Notes: generated by a model from the letters alone, not told the origin. A stretch of 55,122 bases of DNA, filler included, from Trypethelium eluteriae (GCA_051942245.1; 2 parts of 2 records of this genome joined end to end with filler, not necessarily neighbours in it), one strand, 5' to 3'; positions 1-11,803 are shown, counted from the whole stretch's first letter. Translations and numbers: made by a program.

Positions 1-2585
1 CCTCAACACCCTCTGCAACTCCTCCCACTCCTCCCCCTCCTTCTGCCCCTCCTTTGCGCGAAATCTCCCCTTCCGAATCACCAGCTTCTCCAACCGCCTC
101 TTCTGATCCGCCCGCTCCAGCAGTACCTCCTCCACCGTGCCCCTTGTCGCCAAGCGGTACACAATCACCGGCTGCGTCTGGCCGATGCGGTGCGCCCGGT
201 CCTGCGCCTGCAGGTCCTGCTGCGGGTTCCAGTCGCTATCGAACAGGATCACCGTGTCGGCGGCGGCGAGGTTGATGCCCTGGCCGCCGGCGCGCGTGCT
301 GAGCAGGAAGAGCTGCGGCGACTTTGTCTGCGGCGTAGCGTTCTTGCCTTTTTTGGGGGCGAAGGCGGGCGCGTTGAAGGCGCGGATTTGCTCTTGGCGG
401 TCGGCCGGAGCGACGCCGCCGTCGATCCGGCAGATGGACCAGCCCCGGAGTAGCGTCGCGTAGTCTTCGACGAGGTCGAGTTGGGTCTTGAATTGCGAGA
501 AGAGGAGGACTTTGTGGCCATCGGCGAAGAGGGCGGGGAGTAGGCGGTCGAGGAGTTGCATTTTGCCGGATTCGGTGATGAGGGTGTCGTCGGGGTCGGC
601 GTCGGTGGTGGCGTCGAAGGGATAGTAGAAGTTGTGAGGGGAGTTGCAGCAGAGCCGGAGTTGGAGGATGGGGTTTTGGAGCTTCTTGGATGCGATTTGG
701 CGTTTGGCGAGGGCGAGTGTGGAAGCCCTTTCGAACTCAGGGTCAGAGGATCCTGGCGAGCCATCATTTTCATCTTCGTTGAACTCATTGTTCTCGAGCT
801 TCTTAAAGAATTGGGCATCGCTAAGCTCTTCGTAGTTTTGAGATTTCTTAGCTTTACGACCCCGGCCAGATGCTTTGTTAGTAGATGCCGGAGTAGAATC
901 GCGACTTGTCTTAGTACTCTTTGCAGGAGTAGAAATACCGCTGGCGGCTTTACGCTTCAAGCCGCTTCCACTGCGTGTGCTGTTTGGCGTTGCAGTACCA
1001 CTAAGGTGTTCGACGGCTTTGTTCTCAAGATAGTCTCTACTATTGCCATCTAGAATGGCTTGATAGAGTTCCTGTTGGGATTTACTCAATGGAGCATACA
1101 AAATGTACTCTCTCTTTTTCGGTAACGAGTGTTCGACATCTGCCTTTACGCGTCGCAAAAGGAAAGGTTTCAGGATTGCGTGCAGGGAGGACACCAAGCT
1201 TCTCCTGCGCTCTTCTGATAAGATCTGTTCGTATCCATGACGTTCTTTGAGTGCAGAAAAGTCGAACCAGCTTTCAAAGGATTCAAGCTTGTCGAAAATA
1301 TCGGGCATAAGAAAATGCAGTAAAGACCACAACTCGGTCAAATTATTTTGTAAAGGTGTGCCAGTGATCAGTAGTCGGTTCGCCGAGCGGTAAGACTGCA
1401 GCTCACGGATCAACCGACAATTGAGATTCTTGATGCGGTGACCCTCGTCCTGTGTGCTAGTTAGTATGGTCTTGGGTTTGAACATTACAGAGAACCCACT
1501 ATAATTATAAATTTCCATCCAAACCCAGCCAGGAATTTTCTGTCATTCATGCAAATCTCATAGCTTGTACAGACTACGGGAAAATGTTCGCTACCCGGAT
1601 TTTTGAGTTGTTTCTCTCTGATTTCCGTTCTTTCTTGCTTTGAGCCATGATAAAGCACTACAGGGATATCTGGCGTCCAGCGGTGGAATTCGTCAACCCA
1701 ATTGCTTGTCGTACTCAGTGGAGCGGCAATCAAAAACGGCCCGAAAGATCGCTTTTCTCTCAAGAACGCCAGGAATGCGATCGTCTGGATTGTTTTACCG
1801 AGGCCCATCTCATCGGCGAGAATGCCATTCAAGCCATTCTCGTAGAGTGAAATAAGCCATTCCAACCCCTCAAGTTGATAGCTCCGCATGATACCTCCTG
1901 TTACTGGTTTAGGCTGGCGCGCCGACCTCAGTTGTTGGACGCCAATATCACTCGTCTGGACCTTCTCCTCCTCTTTCAGAGCATCCGACAATGATCCCTT
2001 ACCGGCTTTAGCCTCAACATCTTCTTTCTTGATCCAGTCAGAGATTTTCCCATCTTTCCGCGGGTTGCTTTTGTTGCTGGCGGCTTTCTTTGGCCGACCT
2101 CTCCCACGCCGGTCTGTCTCTTCCGAGCTTTCCTTCTCTTGCGCAACACTTCGTCGTGTAGTTCGTCGCTGACTCTCTTCGGCTGCCTGTTCTGCTTTCT
2201 CTTCCCTCTTCCTAGTCTTCTCATCCGCTGCATTTTCTTTCTCCTCCTGCTTTTGGATTTGCTCTAGCATGAATGCTGCGTACACTTTGCTTTGACTCAA
2301 TAGATGCTCTAATGCCTTGTATTTTTTATCCACTTCTTGTGTGCCGCCTTCAAGGTCCTTCTTCCGCTCTTTCTCCAGACGCTCTGCGCGTTTGGCTTCC
2401 TCGGCGTTTGAGGCTTCCATCATTTTCTCTTCCTCTACACGCATGGACTTCGAGACTCCACGACCATTGTCATCGTTGGTTTCATCCATGGCAGAGGCAG
2501 GAGAGGTTGGAGGTGTGCTTTGTGGTTCCGCTTCTGCTTCTGTAGCAACGGGAGTAGACGATGCGGACATTTTGGTGTGAGGCAT
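1..2585 (-). CDS. IRC5: SNF2-family chromatin remodeller, HELLS/LSH/DDM1 (yeast Irc5) type; 3' end lies beyond the left edge of the window
   Basis: Motifs MRSYQLEGLEWLISLYENGLNGILADEMGLGKTIQTIAFL and GPFLIAAPLSTTSNW. Intron 1450-1499 (GT...CTAAC...CAG) joins KFIII to DEGHRIKN. Downstream LLITGTPLQNNLTELWSLLHF, HAILKPFLLRRVK, HKVLLFSQF and FLLSTRAGGQGINL (helicase C domain). Start may be Met 2585 or 2570. Confidence 0.9.
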
Positions 2586-2805
2586 AGGCAGCTCAAAATT
2601 GTCTCGGATATATCGTGCAGTCTAAAAAGCTGGGCAGCCGTAAGAGCCTGTCAAAGAGTGCAGAATATGGGGGCGCGGTACGAGATTGTACAATAGAGGG
2701 AACTTTTTATCGAGAAACTGCGGGGACTTTTCGAAGAACATAAGCCACGAAATGTCCAATGACTTTGGGAGTTATGCAAGCGTAGAGGAATCAGCGCGGA
2801 GTAAG

Positions 2806-2922
2806 ACGCGACAGGTAGAGAAGTGCAGAAACAGAAGGGTGAACGTGAAGTTCGTAGCGAGTAATTGACAGGGGCGACGCGTCGAAGTAGACGATGACCT
2901 CACCAGCGCGATCTCGACGCGA
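2806..2922. promoter_or_regulatory. MCB-like (ACGCGT/ACGCGA) elements upstream of the SNF2 ATPase
   Basis: ACGCGA 2806-2811, ACGCGT 2877-2882, ACGCGA 2917-2922, 220-340 bp upstream of the start. MBF-type G1/S control is inferred. Confidence 0.35.
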
Positions 2923-3578
2923 AGTCTGTAATCCTTGACTAAGGTTGAGCCTCGATCTCTCGAGGGTCCACCCACCGATTCGCGAGCGCTCAGCCTCTGT
3001 GCTTTACACAGCGATCCTCAGCCCCTGCATCTCCAGGGCAAGGACTGGAATGGAGCGCCAAGAGTAGAGTTCTGGGAATCAATTTCACGATGGACTTGAC
3101 CAAAGCCTTCTGTCTCCGCCATGACCATGTTACTATTCTATGACGCTAAATTTTACAAAAATGCATCTCGCCGTTCTCTCTCAGCGGTCTCCTAAATCCA
3201 ATCCCGTGTCGGCGCGGTTTTATCCATTACACATATGAATAACTTACGAGAGGCTGTAGGTTGCATTGTTTAGCGATCAATTCAGATTTTTACAATTCCA
3301 AGTCAATGACGACGTGTGATAGAGGTTGCACGTTATTTTTATTCCAACACGTCCGGATCCTCTCGACTTACTTAAGAAACAATATACAAGAGCCAGCTAG
3401 TAGCGGAAGCTCACGAGAACCTATAGAGAAGCTGCCTCAATATGTTATCGATAGTACACCAAGATCGTGTGGCCTCTAGATAAAAATTGGAAGAGGATCA
3501 GCAACACACGCCACATCTGCGGAGAATTGAGTGCAGATTGAGTGCTATTAGGATTGCGAGTCCGTAGTAGGCATGCCT

Positions 3579-4100
3579 TTAATCGCGTGCTTCGTAAAAA
3601 GGATGGTCCCGAAGTCTTGGAAGCAGCTTTTTCATCTGACGCAGCCGGTTTCCAATTGCGTACTCTTCCAAGTCTCCCAAAATCGTTCGAATCTCCATTA
3701 CATCCCTTACCTTATGAATAAGTCCAGACTCAACCAACTCCGTATGATAGTCGAGATCTCCAGACGGATCTTTCTCGCGCCAGTGCACCCATATGACAAT
3801 GCATCACGGATCCATTGTGGCCAAGAAGGGGCGCATTTCGACAAGGGTGGGTCTTTGGATCGTTTGTGCATTCCGTAGAATTGGTGGAGATAAATCACAA
3901 TCATAGCTCCATCGTGGGCAACTTGACAGAGAGCTGTGTGGATCGTCTGCCCTTTCGCGGGGCTCGGGCATTGGATAATGAGTAATGGGAAATATGCGGC
4001 ACCCCTTGAGGACAATCTATTCGACTCAGGTCAGGATCAGTAAAAGCTGGGTAATGGACAAGGTTGGGCCGGTCTTGTGCATATATATAGCGAAGCTGGA
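3579..4100 (-). pseudogene. Decayed gene of a fungal hypothetical family with PD-(D/E)xK nuclease-like features
   Basis: Pieces in different frames stitch into ...AYFPLLIIQCPSPAKGQTIHTALCQVAHDGAMIVIYLHQFY / ...FLATMDP*CIVIWVHWREK...YHTELV...RTILGDLEEYAIGNRLRQMKKLLP. Frameshift near 3875 and in-frame TGA at 3806-3804. Family assignment is from pattern recall only. Confidence 0.45.
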
Positions 4101-5237
4101 GGGCACTCAAGATAGACGTCATCCTCACAGGAGACTTCTCGACTTTTGTGAGGCAGAAATAAGACCAGTTTGCTCCGTAAGGAACCCTTTTCTCGGTGTT
4201 AGGGATCAAGCTAAATGAGATGAAAGGTCACATGACGCGTCACGTGGCTCCATGCGCATGGACCCCCGCGCAGCTATATATAGATAGACAGCGCTGCCCG
4301 CATGTCAGCACCCAGGTTCACTAGCTCTAGATACTCGTTCATATCCACGCTCCTTGAGATCATCTCATCTAGCTCGATCCCTGACACTCGGGATTATTTT
4401 ACGTTGTCCACTCCTGGTTTTCTCCTAGGAGGGAAATCGTTGGAGGAAGGGACATACAGAAGACCTTGCCGGTCTTTCGACCCACCGAGCGCCAGCTGTT
4501 CCACGCAGTCCTCCGGGCATTGTTGTCGCTGAAGAATATCAACTCACTTGCCTTTTCATGAACGTCTAAATGCAATCTAAGTGTAAGGCATGGCTTTTAG
4601 ACTTTAAGAAAGATCTGCTATGGGTCAGATGGGTAATCTTTGGCTTCTACAACACCGATTGGATCGTTAGTGTATGACCCTGCAGCCTGTCACTCGTCGA
4701 CAATCGTCAGCACAGCCTTCAGGCCAACTGCTCGGACCGTTGCATCAGCTCCAAATCGGCCATGTGTGCTTCACTTGACAGGGCTGAGTTCACTCAATCA
4801 TGCGCTTTGGTAGGTTTTACGTGCGGCTCAACTTGGGCCTGACCAATTCGGTGGGCATCTGAGCCATCTCAAGCCTCCTGAGGCTGGATTAGGCCTATTC
4901 CTACACAGCTACATCTCGGCACTATTTTTCTCTCTAACAAACACCTACTATTCTGGGCATTCTATAGCGTAAGTCTGGTCCAATTGTGGGCTAAGCGGAG
5001 CAGCCTCAAGGATTTGTTTGGCCGTCTTATAGAAGCTACGAGCGTAATCATCGGGAGTGGTGAACAGAGGAAGGGAGACTCTCAATTATAAAGCGATCTT
5101 GCAGACCACCTTCGACTGAACCATCTCATCAATTCACTCAACTATTGCAATCGTTTCAATTTCCTACAGTCAATCACTACCGTCTTCTAATTCTTAGTCA
5201 CCAAGCACTCGACCTACCACACAAACAATCAGTCAAA

Positions 5238-5576
5238 ATGCAATTCACTCAAGCTCTTACTCTCTTCGTCACCCTCCTCGGCACTGCTTCCGCTGTCGCT
5301 ATACCCCAATCCAACAGCAACGAAGACGGCATCATCACCACCACCATCGCCGGCAACACAGTCAAGTACTACGAGAGTGACCCCACGGCCAGCTCTCTCC
5401 TCAAGCGAGACGGTATCGAGAAGCGCTTCATCCTCCCCGGCTTCCGCTGCACTGCGGGCAAAAATCAATGCACCGAGGACACCGGTTGCTACATGTGCAA
5501 CGACAGTGGCAACTACTTATGCCAATCCCTCAGTGACCTTCAGCAAGGCTATTGCCAGACTGATCCGGTCAACTAG
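5238..5576 (+). CDS. Small secreted cysteine-rich protein (112 aa, pre-pro architecture); candidate effector or antimicrobial peptide
   Basis: Signal peptide MQFTQALTLFVTLLGTASAVA, pro-region, two Kex2 sites (LLKR, IEKR), 49-aa C-terminal peptide with 6 Cys. Good start context (caaaATG), TATAAA at ~5087, no introns. Confidence 0.85.
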   Translation: MQFTQALTLFVTLLGTASAVAIPQSNSNEDGIITTTIAGNTVKYYESDPTASSLLKRDGIEKRFILPGFRCTAGKNQCTEDTGCYMCNDSGNYLCQSLSDLQQGYCQTDPVN

Positions 5577-6105
5577 ACCTACCTCGGACGTATTAAGTAT
5601 AGAAAATATTCAGTAACAGGAGGGATGGAGGACGCGACATTTCTTGAGTGCTTTTGCGATTTTTTGGGTGACCGATCTTCAGATCTGGCGCCATCCCCTC
5701 ATTTGGATTAGAAATCGGACGTCTTAATGGCTAGCGCAGATTCGAGCGGATTAATTGAGATTTCAAGCAGATATATTCGCAACTTGTGCCTATGAAGCTC
5801 CACCACAGCAAGCTGAAGCCTATTTTCCAACACACTCCTTTGCTCCACACAAGTCATACATTAGATCCGAGAGCTTCATTGTCAGTGTAAATGATATACG
5901 CTCCGCTGTTATCACGTTCAAGACCTCAAAGAACAAGCCACAGCGTACTCTTCAATCCCAACCGCTTGATATTCGCGGGCCAATCAACCTGCATGGCCCT
6001 CAGCACCAGCCTTGCAGGGGCGTGCAGTGGCTTTTGCAGACTCCTAGCCTCCGCTTGACCTCATCTCGTCTGAATCTCTCTTTTCCCTCATCTCTATACA
6101 CTCAG

Positions 6106-6142
6106 TCATCGGTCCATCATCGGTCCATCATCGGTCCATCAT
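6106..6142 (+). repeat. 11-bp tandem repeat (TCATCGGTCCA)x3 plus a partial unit, upstream of the NLR
   Basis: Units at 6106, 6117 and 6128 read directly. Confidence 0.9.
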
Positions 6143-6359
6143 TCGACATTTGAACAAGACTTAGGCCCAGATAATGGCTATTTTGTGCTCGAAGTCGTCC
6201 TAACCTCTGCCTAGTTATTCACTTTCGCTTCAGATCTCTCGCGCCGCGATAGGGTCCTTTTAATATCTCATATGCAGCTGCTTGGAATTACACCGTCTAA
6301 TCTTTTAGCCACTAGCTTCGCTGAGAATATCGTACTCTACCCTACTCCACGCTTCAGTC

Positions 6360-7860
6360 ATGCGGAAAACCCTGAATAAAATCCGACCTTTTTCGAAACA
6401 CGACAAGTCCTCCGCGCCCGAGCTGGCACCAGGCTCTTCGACCATGACAGCTGCAGCTTTGACCTCTCCCACCCAGACTGTCACCACTAGTCAAGAGCAT
6501 AACGTCCGTGTGCCGCATGGGTCTCAGCCTACTCGCGAGGTCGCATCCTCTGTCCCAACCGCCCAACATCAGCCCGCGGAGCCTTGTGTTGCTCATACAG
6601 ATACCAGTAACGCTGCTGAGGCTGTCGATAAAATCGGAAAGGAGAATCACTATGGTATACGAGTGCTTCATAATCCGCCGTCCGCCATTACGGACATTGT
6701 TTTCGTTCATGGGTTGACTGGCAGCGCCTACACTACATGGTTGCACAATGGCAGCGGCGTACATGGGCCGAGAGATCTCTTTGCGCAAGACTTTCCAAAT
6801 GCGCGAATTATGACATTTGGTTACGATGCAGATGTCGTCAACTTTTGGAAACATGCAGCCCAGGATGATCTATCTGGCTACGCTAGGGACCTTCTCGGAG
6901 TCTTGGCGGATTGCAGGCATGAGATTGCGGTACGTACTTTTCCTCCATTTAGGCGTGTCCGGTATCTAGCTAGCACAGAATATCAATCAGGAGGCTCCCC
7001 TAATTCCCATATAGTGAAAAATTGAAATGTCCTGAGATCCTGTCAGTCTACTCTTTCATAGCCTCCAAAACATACTTTGAGAATCCAAGGTCAGAAAATC
7101 CATGGCTGCTTATTCTTTCAGCTTTTGGGTCCAGGGGTCCTGAATCGATATTCTGCGATAGCTGGGAGAGATACTTCGCTAACGCCGAGCAAGACCAATA
7201 GGAGTATCGTCTTTGTTGCTCATAGCCTCGGAGGCTTGCTAGTCGAGAACGCGCTGTACCTTTCACGAGAATCTCGTTTTGACCACATCCGCTCTCTTGA
7301 AACGTCGACTACAGGAATTTGTTTCATTGGGACCCCTCATTCTGGCTCAGGTCATGCAGACTGGGCTAATACGTTAGCTAGTGTTGTGAACATCGTCAAA
7401 CCTGCGAATACTGACCTTTTAGGATCACTTCAACGGGGTTCGGATAGGTTGGCAGGAGTTAGAGATTCCTTCCACAACTTAATGGAAAAGCGGAAAAGCG
7501 AGAGGTTACCTCTCGCCATCGTTTGCTTTTATGGGCAGCTACCATATCTCAAGTCACACATCGTCCCTAAGGAGTCAGCGATTGTCGCTGGAGAGCTCTT
7601 CTACCCAATTCACGCAAACCATGTCGTAAGGAAACCCTACGTAGACCATGTCTGACAATGCTGACTTCCGACAGGAAATGACAAAATATGCTTCGAGGGA
7701 AGACAAAGCATACAAAGATGTCCGCCGCGAGATACGGAGACTTGCGGGAGCAGGTAGGCAAGACTGAATTATTCGTGTTTCCATAGGCTGGTCAGGGTGT
7801 CCGATGGCTAGCATAGAACATCAGTTGCCCCCTCCCCCAACACAGATCCTGCAACAATAA
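6360..7860 (+). CDS. SesB-like alpha/beta-hydrolase (lipase) module; N-terminal effector part of the NLR, or a separate gene
   Basis: DIVFVHGLTG, PNARIMTFGYDA, IVFVAHSLGGL (nucleophile Ser), FIGTPHSGS, ANHVEMTKY. Introns 6930-7193, 7626-7674, 7754-7816; the last splice leads to TAA at 7858-7860. Confidence 0.75.
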
Positions 7861-7966
7861 AAGACCGGCATGTGCCGAATTTCGACACCTTATTCTCCCA
7901 TAGCCACAGGATTACGGTTCGAGGATATGAGACCAAAAATCTATAATCATTTATTTCCCCCCGTTT

Positions 7967-10901
7967 ATGAATTGGGGTGGCTTCCAACCAATATTCTCCA
8001 CTAAGCATCGGACTTGCCTACCCGTCGTACAAGGGTGGTGTGAACAATTTAGATATGCTTCAAAGCTAATTCGATTGACTTATGATTTCATAGATGTGTC
8101 ATTGAACAAACGAGCGAGTTTCCTTTCGAACTTAGTACGCACAGAGCTTCCTACAAGCACCGATACTTTCCACGGCCGAAAAGATGAACTGAGTAGAATG
8201 CGCGAAGCTCTCGACCCTGCAAGATCTGGCCTGAAAGGCCTCCTGCTCTATGGCATCGGCGGATCTGGAAAGACTCAGCTTGCTCTCCGTTTTATCAAGG
8301 AACATGGTCAGCTTTTCTCGGCAGTTATATGGATCAATGCGTCAACCATTGAGCATGCCAACCAGTCATTTTCTGAAGCCGCAGAGGTGATTTCCTCTGA
8401 GTGGCCTGCACAGGACTTACCTTCAACGTACAGAGGCTCTGACTATTCGAGAAAGGTGATCTCATGGCTTCAGACAACGCGACATTCTCGGTGGCTTCTC
8501 ATTATTGACAGTGTTGACAATTTGGAGTTAGAAAACTACACAAGATACAAAATTTCCTGCGAGCAAGGTTCTATGATAGTCACAAGTATTCAAGAACAGA
8601 CAGCGAGAGTTTTTCGGATAGAAAAATTGCAAGTAGAAGGTCTCGATCCTCAAAGTGGCAGTAAGCTCCTCCTCTCAAGAGGCTTTGACACATCATTGCA
8701 CACGGAAATATCCAGCGAGGGTAAATATCCTTCTCGTTAGTGATGTGATTCAACGCTGATTCTGTATAGATAGTCGATCCGCTTCGTCTATCGTAAAAGC
8801 GCTCAACGGCCTACCTCTGGCGATCGAGCAAGCCGGCGTTCTGATTCAAAGGAAGGCTGTTCCAGTTTCAAAGTTTCTATCTGATTATAATGCTCAGTAC
8901 CGAAGGCTCATGGATGAATATCCTCAACGAGGTATCCTCGCATACGACAAAGAACGCTCCGTATGGACAGTTTTCTGCATGCTGTACGACTTCATTTCAC
9001 TTCAACATCCTAAGGCTGCACTGCTGCTAAACTTCATTGCAATACTTGGGCCATGGCAGATCCCAATGTGTTTTGTTGAAAGATTCCAGTTCGACAGGAA
9101 TCCAGAGCTAGCACTTCTGGATGACGATACCAAATCACTGAAGGGAGTTCTAACCACAAGTCTTGATCTTCGTCTCGCACTCACGGTTTTGGCCGAATTC
9201 TGTCTGTTGAAGATAAAATATGAAGGCGATCACATCATGAAAGCTTTTACACTACATCGAGCTATCAGTCAATGGTGCTTAGAGGTAATGGATCCGACAA
9301 AGAGATCTTGGATCGTTGAGGCGGCAAATGAACTTGCTGACAGGGTCATAGAAGTGTCTCAAGGGTAAGTCTGTTTTGCTTAGAGGTTTTGATATTCGTA
9401 GTCTGCATTCGTGGATATGTTGAAGTGGGTGCTGACAGACTTCAGGAATCACAGCCTCATACATAACAGAACACCAAAGATAGTGCGTATCTATATTGCT
9501 CCTCTGGACCGATGCCTTTCTCTTTTGCAGAGATTTGCTGCCAATGATGATAGCCTCCTGTTGACTGGACAAATAGCTCAAGGTCTTGGCTCTCCCATTG
9601 CTCGAATGGCTGAAGTCTGTTCAATCAATGGCCAATTAGAGAAAGCAAAGATCCTATTCACGCAGCTTGTCGAATCTGAAAGAGTTATACATGGCGACGC
9701 ATGGCCGAGCGATGAACAGGCACTTTACCTTCTGTGTAAACTAGCAAATGTTTTCCATCGACTGAGCGAATTAGAGCCTGCTGAAGAACTTTACAACTCG
9801 GCTTTCATACTTTCTGTAAAACTGTTTGGAAATGACGACGAGACAACAACCCTAATTTACAGCTCACTACAGTCTGTGAGGGAAAGGCGTGACATCATGG
9901 TCCGACATCACAAAACCGCTGTGATCAGCTCCGCAGAAGAAGAACGCCACGTTGGTACTCAGAGATCAAGTTCTAGGAGAGATGTACAAGAGGCAGTGAC
10001 AGACAGCCCTCGAAAAAGTCTCAGCATCGATATCAAAGCTAGCGAAGAGTTGTGCTGCGCAGCAAAGGAAGGCGACAAAGAGCTTATTCAACTGTCTCTT
10101 AAGTCGGAGTCTGTTGATCCTAATTACAATGATAACTTCGGTCGAAGTGCACTCGCCTGGTCTGCTGAGCAGGGCCATGAGTCAATCGTCCAATTGCTAC
10201 TTGATCATAGCGACATTCACGTAAATTATAAGGATCGAGACAACCACACACCATTACATCTTGCAGTAAAAAGGGGCCATACATCGATATCACAGCTTTT
10301 ACTGCAGCGGCCAGAGATCGAAGCCGACTCCAAAGACATCAATGGCATAACGCCACTGTCATGGGCAGCATCGAGTGGTCGCACAGCGGTTGTACGGCTA
10401 CTAATAGATCGAGAGGATGTTAACGCCGACTCGAAAAACAACCATGGCATAACGCCACTGTCATGGGCAGTATTGTATGGACATACAGCAGTTGTACAGC
10501 TACTAATAGATCGAGAGGATGTTAACGTTAACTCAGAAGATGATAATGGCAAAACGCCACTGATGTGGGCAGCAGAGCACAGCCACATAGCGATTGTACA
10601 AATGCTGGTAAATCGAGAGGATGTCAATACCGAATTAAAGGACTTTGAGGGCAAAACGCCATTAACAGTGGCAGCAAGGAAAGGCCGAGCAGAAATTGTA
10701 CAGCTGTTCGTTGAACGAGAAGATGTCCACGTCAACTCGACCTGTGTGTATGGATGGACGCCAGTCATGCACGCCGCATTCATGGGTCACGCAATGGTTG
10801 TGCGTATCTTGAGGGAGCGCGACGATGTCGTTATTCTTCCGGCGCTGCGGATAGCGATGGAATGTGGCCATGAGGAAATTGTACGGCTGCTTGCAGAGTG
10901 A
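7967..10901 (+). CDS. Fungal NLR: NB-ARC + winged helix + TPR-like repeats + ankyrin repeats
   Basis: FHGRKDEL, P-loop GIGGSGKT, Walker B WLLIIDSVD, GLPLAIEQA (after intron 8721-8769), LHRAI, TPR-like KLANVFHRLSELEPAEELYNSA...FGNDDETT, about 8 ankyrin repeats (G.TPL.WAA..GH..IVQLL). Intron 9365-9445. True 5' end uncertain. Confidence 0.85.
10323..10730 (+). repeat. 102-bp (34-aa) ankyrin repeats with high internal nucleotide conservation
   Basis: Recurring AATGGCATAACGCCACTGTCATGGGCAG and CTACTAATAGATCGAGAGGATGTTAAC blocks at 102-bp period. Confidence 0.85.
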
Positions 10902-11210
10902 GAGCCGTGTTTCGTTTCAGTCATGTCTGCAGACATCCGCGCATGCATTTGGACCTCCTCTGGACCAAAAGGCTCAAGCCGCGTTGAATATTGCGTCATA
11001 TAACGCACGTGTATATCTTCCGTCCTTTATAGCTGGTTCTAGTCAAGTTCAATACAAGCATCTGCTGCATATTCCTGACAGTTCACTTGACATGAGCATA
11101 GCGGGGAATCTTCATGGACAAAGTGGTCGACCTCATACAAAATTCATTTCGGCTTTCAAACGTGAGTTATACAGAGGCGAAACAGGAGCGCTGGGCCAGC
11201 AGCCGAAGCT

Positions 11211-11291
11211 GTCACTGAGCCATACTGAGCCATCATGAGCAAACTTGAGCACGCCTAAGCTGTCGTGAGCTAAGATAAGTGCAACCTGAGC
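11211..11291 (+). repeat. 10-bp-phased array of N5-TGAGC units
   Basis: gtcacTGAGC catacTGAGC catcaTGAGC aaactTGAGC acgccTAAGC tgtcgTGAGC taagaTAAGT gcaaccTGAGC. Confidence 0.8.
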
Positions 11292-11803
11292 TAGCGTGGT
11301 TTAACCTGAATGGTGCCTAGATCCAGGACCACTATTCTAGTCAAACTGCCGAAACCCTGAAGTCAGGCCTGTAAGCAGGGAGTTATTACCTTACGTTTTC
11401 GCCACATCAGAAGGAGCCCAGTTCGCGGCCCCCTAAAACTCGGCAATACCAACGAGGCAGGATATGGGGATTTCGAAGCTAGCCTAGCCATCATTGAAGT
11501 ATCGATTTGTAGACCATCTGAGAAGTAAAGGTCTTGAAAGCGGCCACAAAGTCCTGGACTGCGGGATGTGTTTGTCCGGTGAAGTGAATTGGGTCAGTGC
11601 GGCGTTGGCAAGTTTGCTGCTACTGGTGAAGATGCCTCTAGGCCAACATGGCGAGCTCCAGTACATCCCAGATAAGTTCTCAGCGAAGAGCACGTCACAT
11701 ACTCTAATATGACCAGTCTACGTAGCACCGGAAACTCTGCAATAGACAGAACCTAGTTGGTCACTACATCAGGTGAGCGCAATCTTTATTCCTCCACATG
11801 CTC

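Noticed and set aside
54..1053. Multiple overlapping ORFs on both strands in GC-rich patches (also ~15.0-16.0 kb, 27.0-28.3 kb, 37.5-38.2 kb, 48.4-49.0 kb)
   Set aside because: Shadow frames of real genes, kept open by high GC and codon bias.
11211..11291. CRISPR-like reading of the repeat-spacer pattern
   Set aside because: Eukaryotic DNA, 5-bp repeats and spacers, no cas genes.
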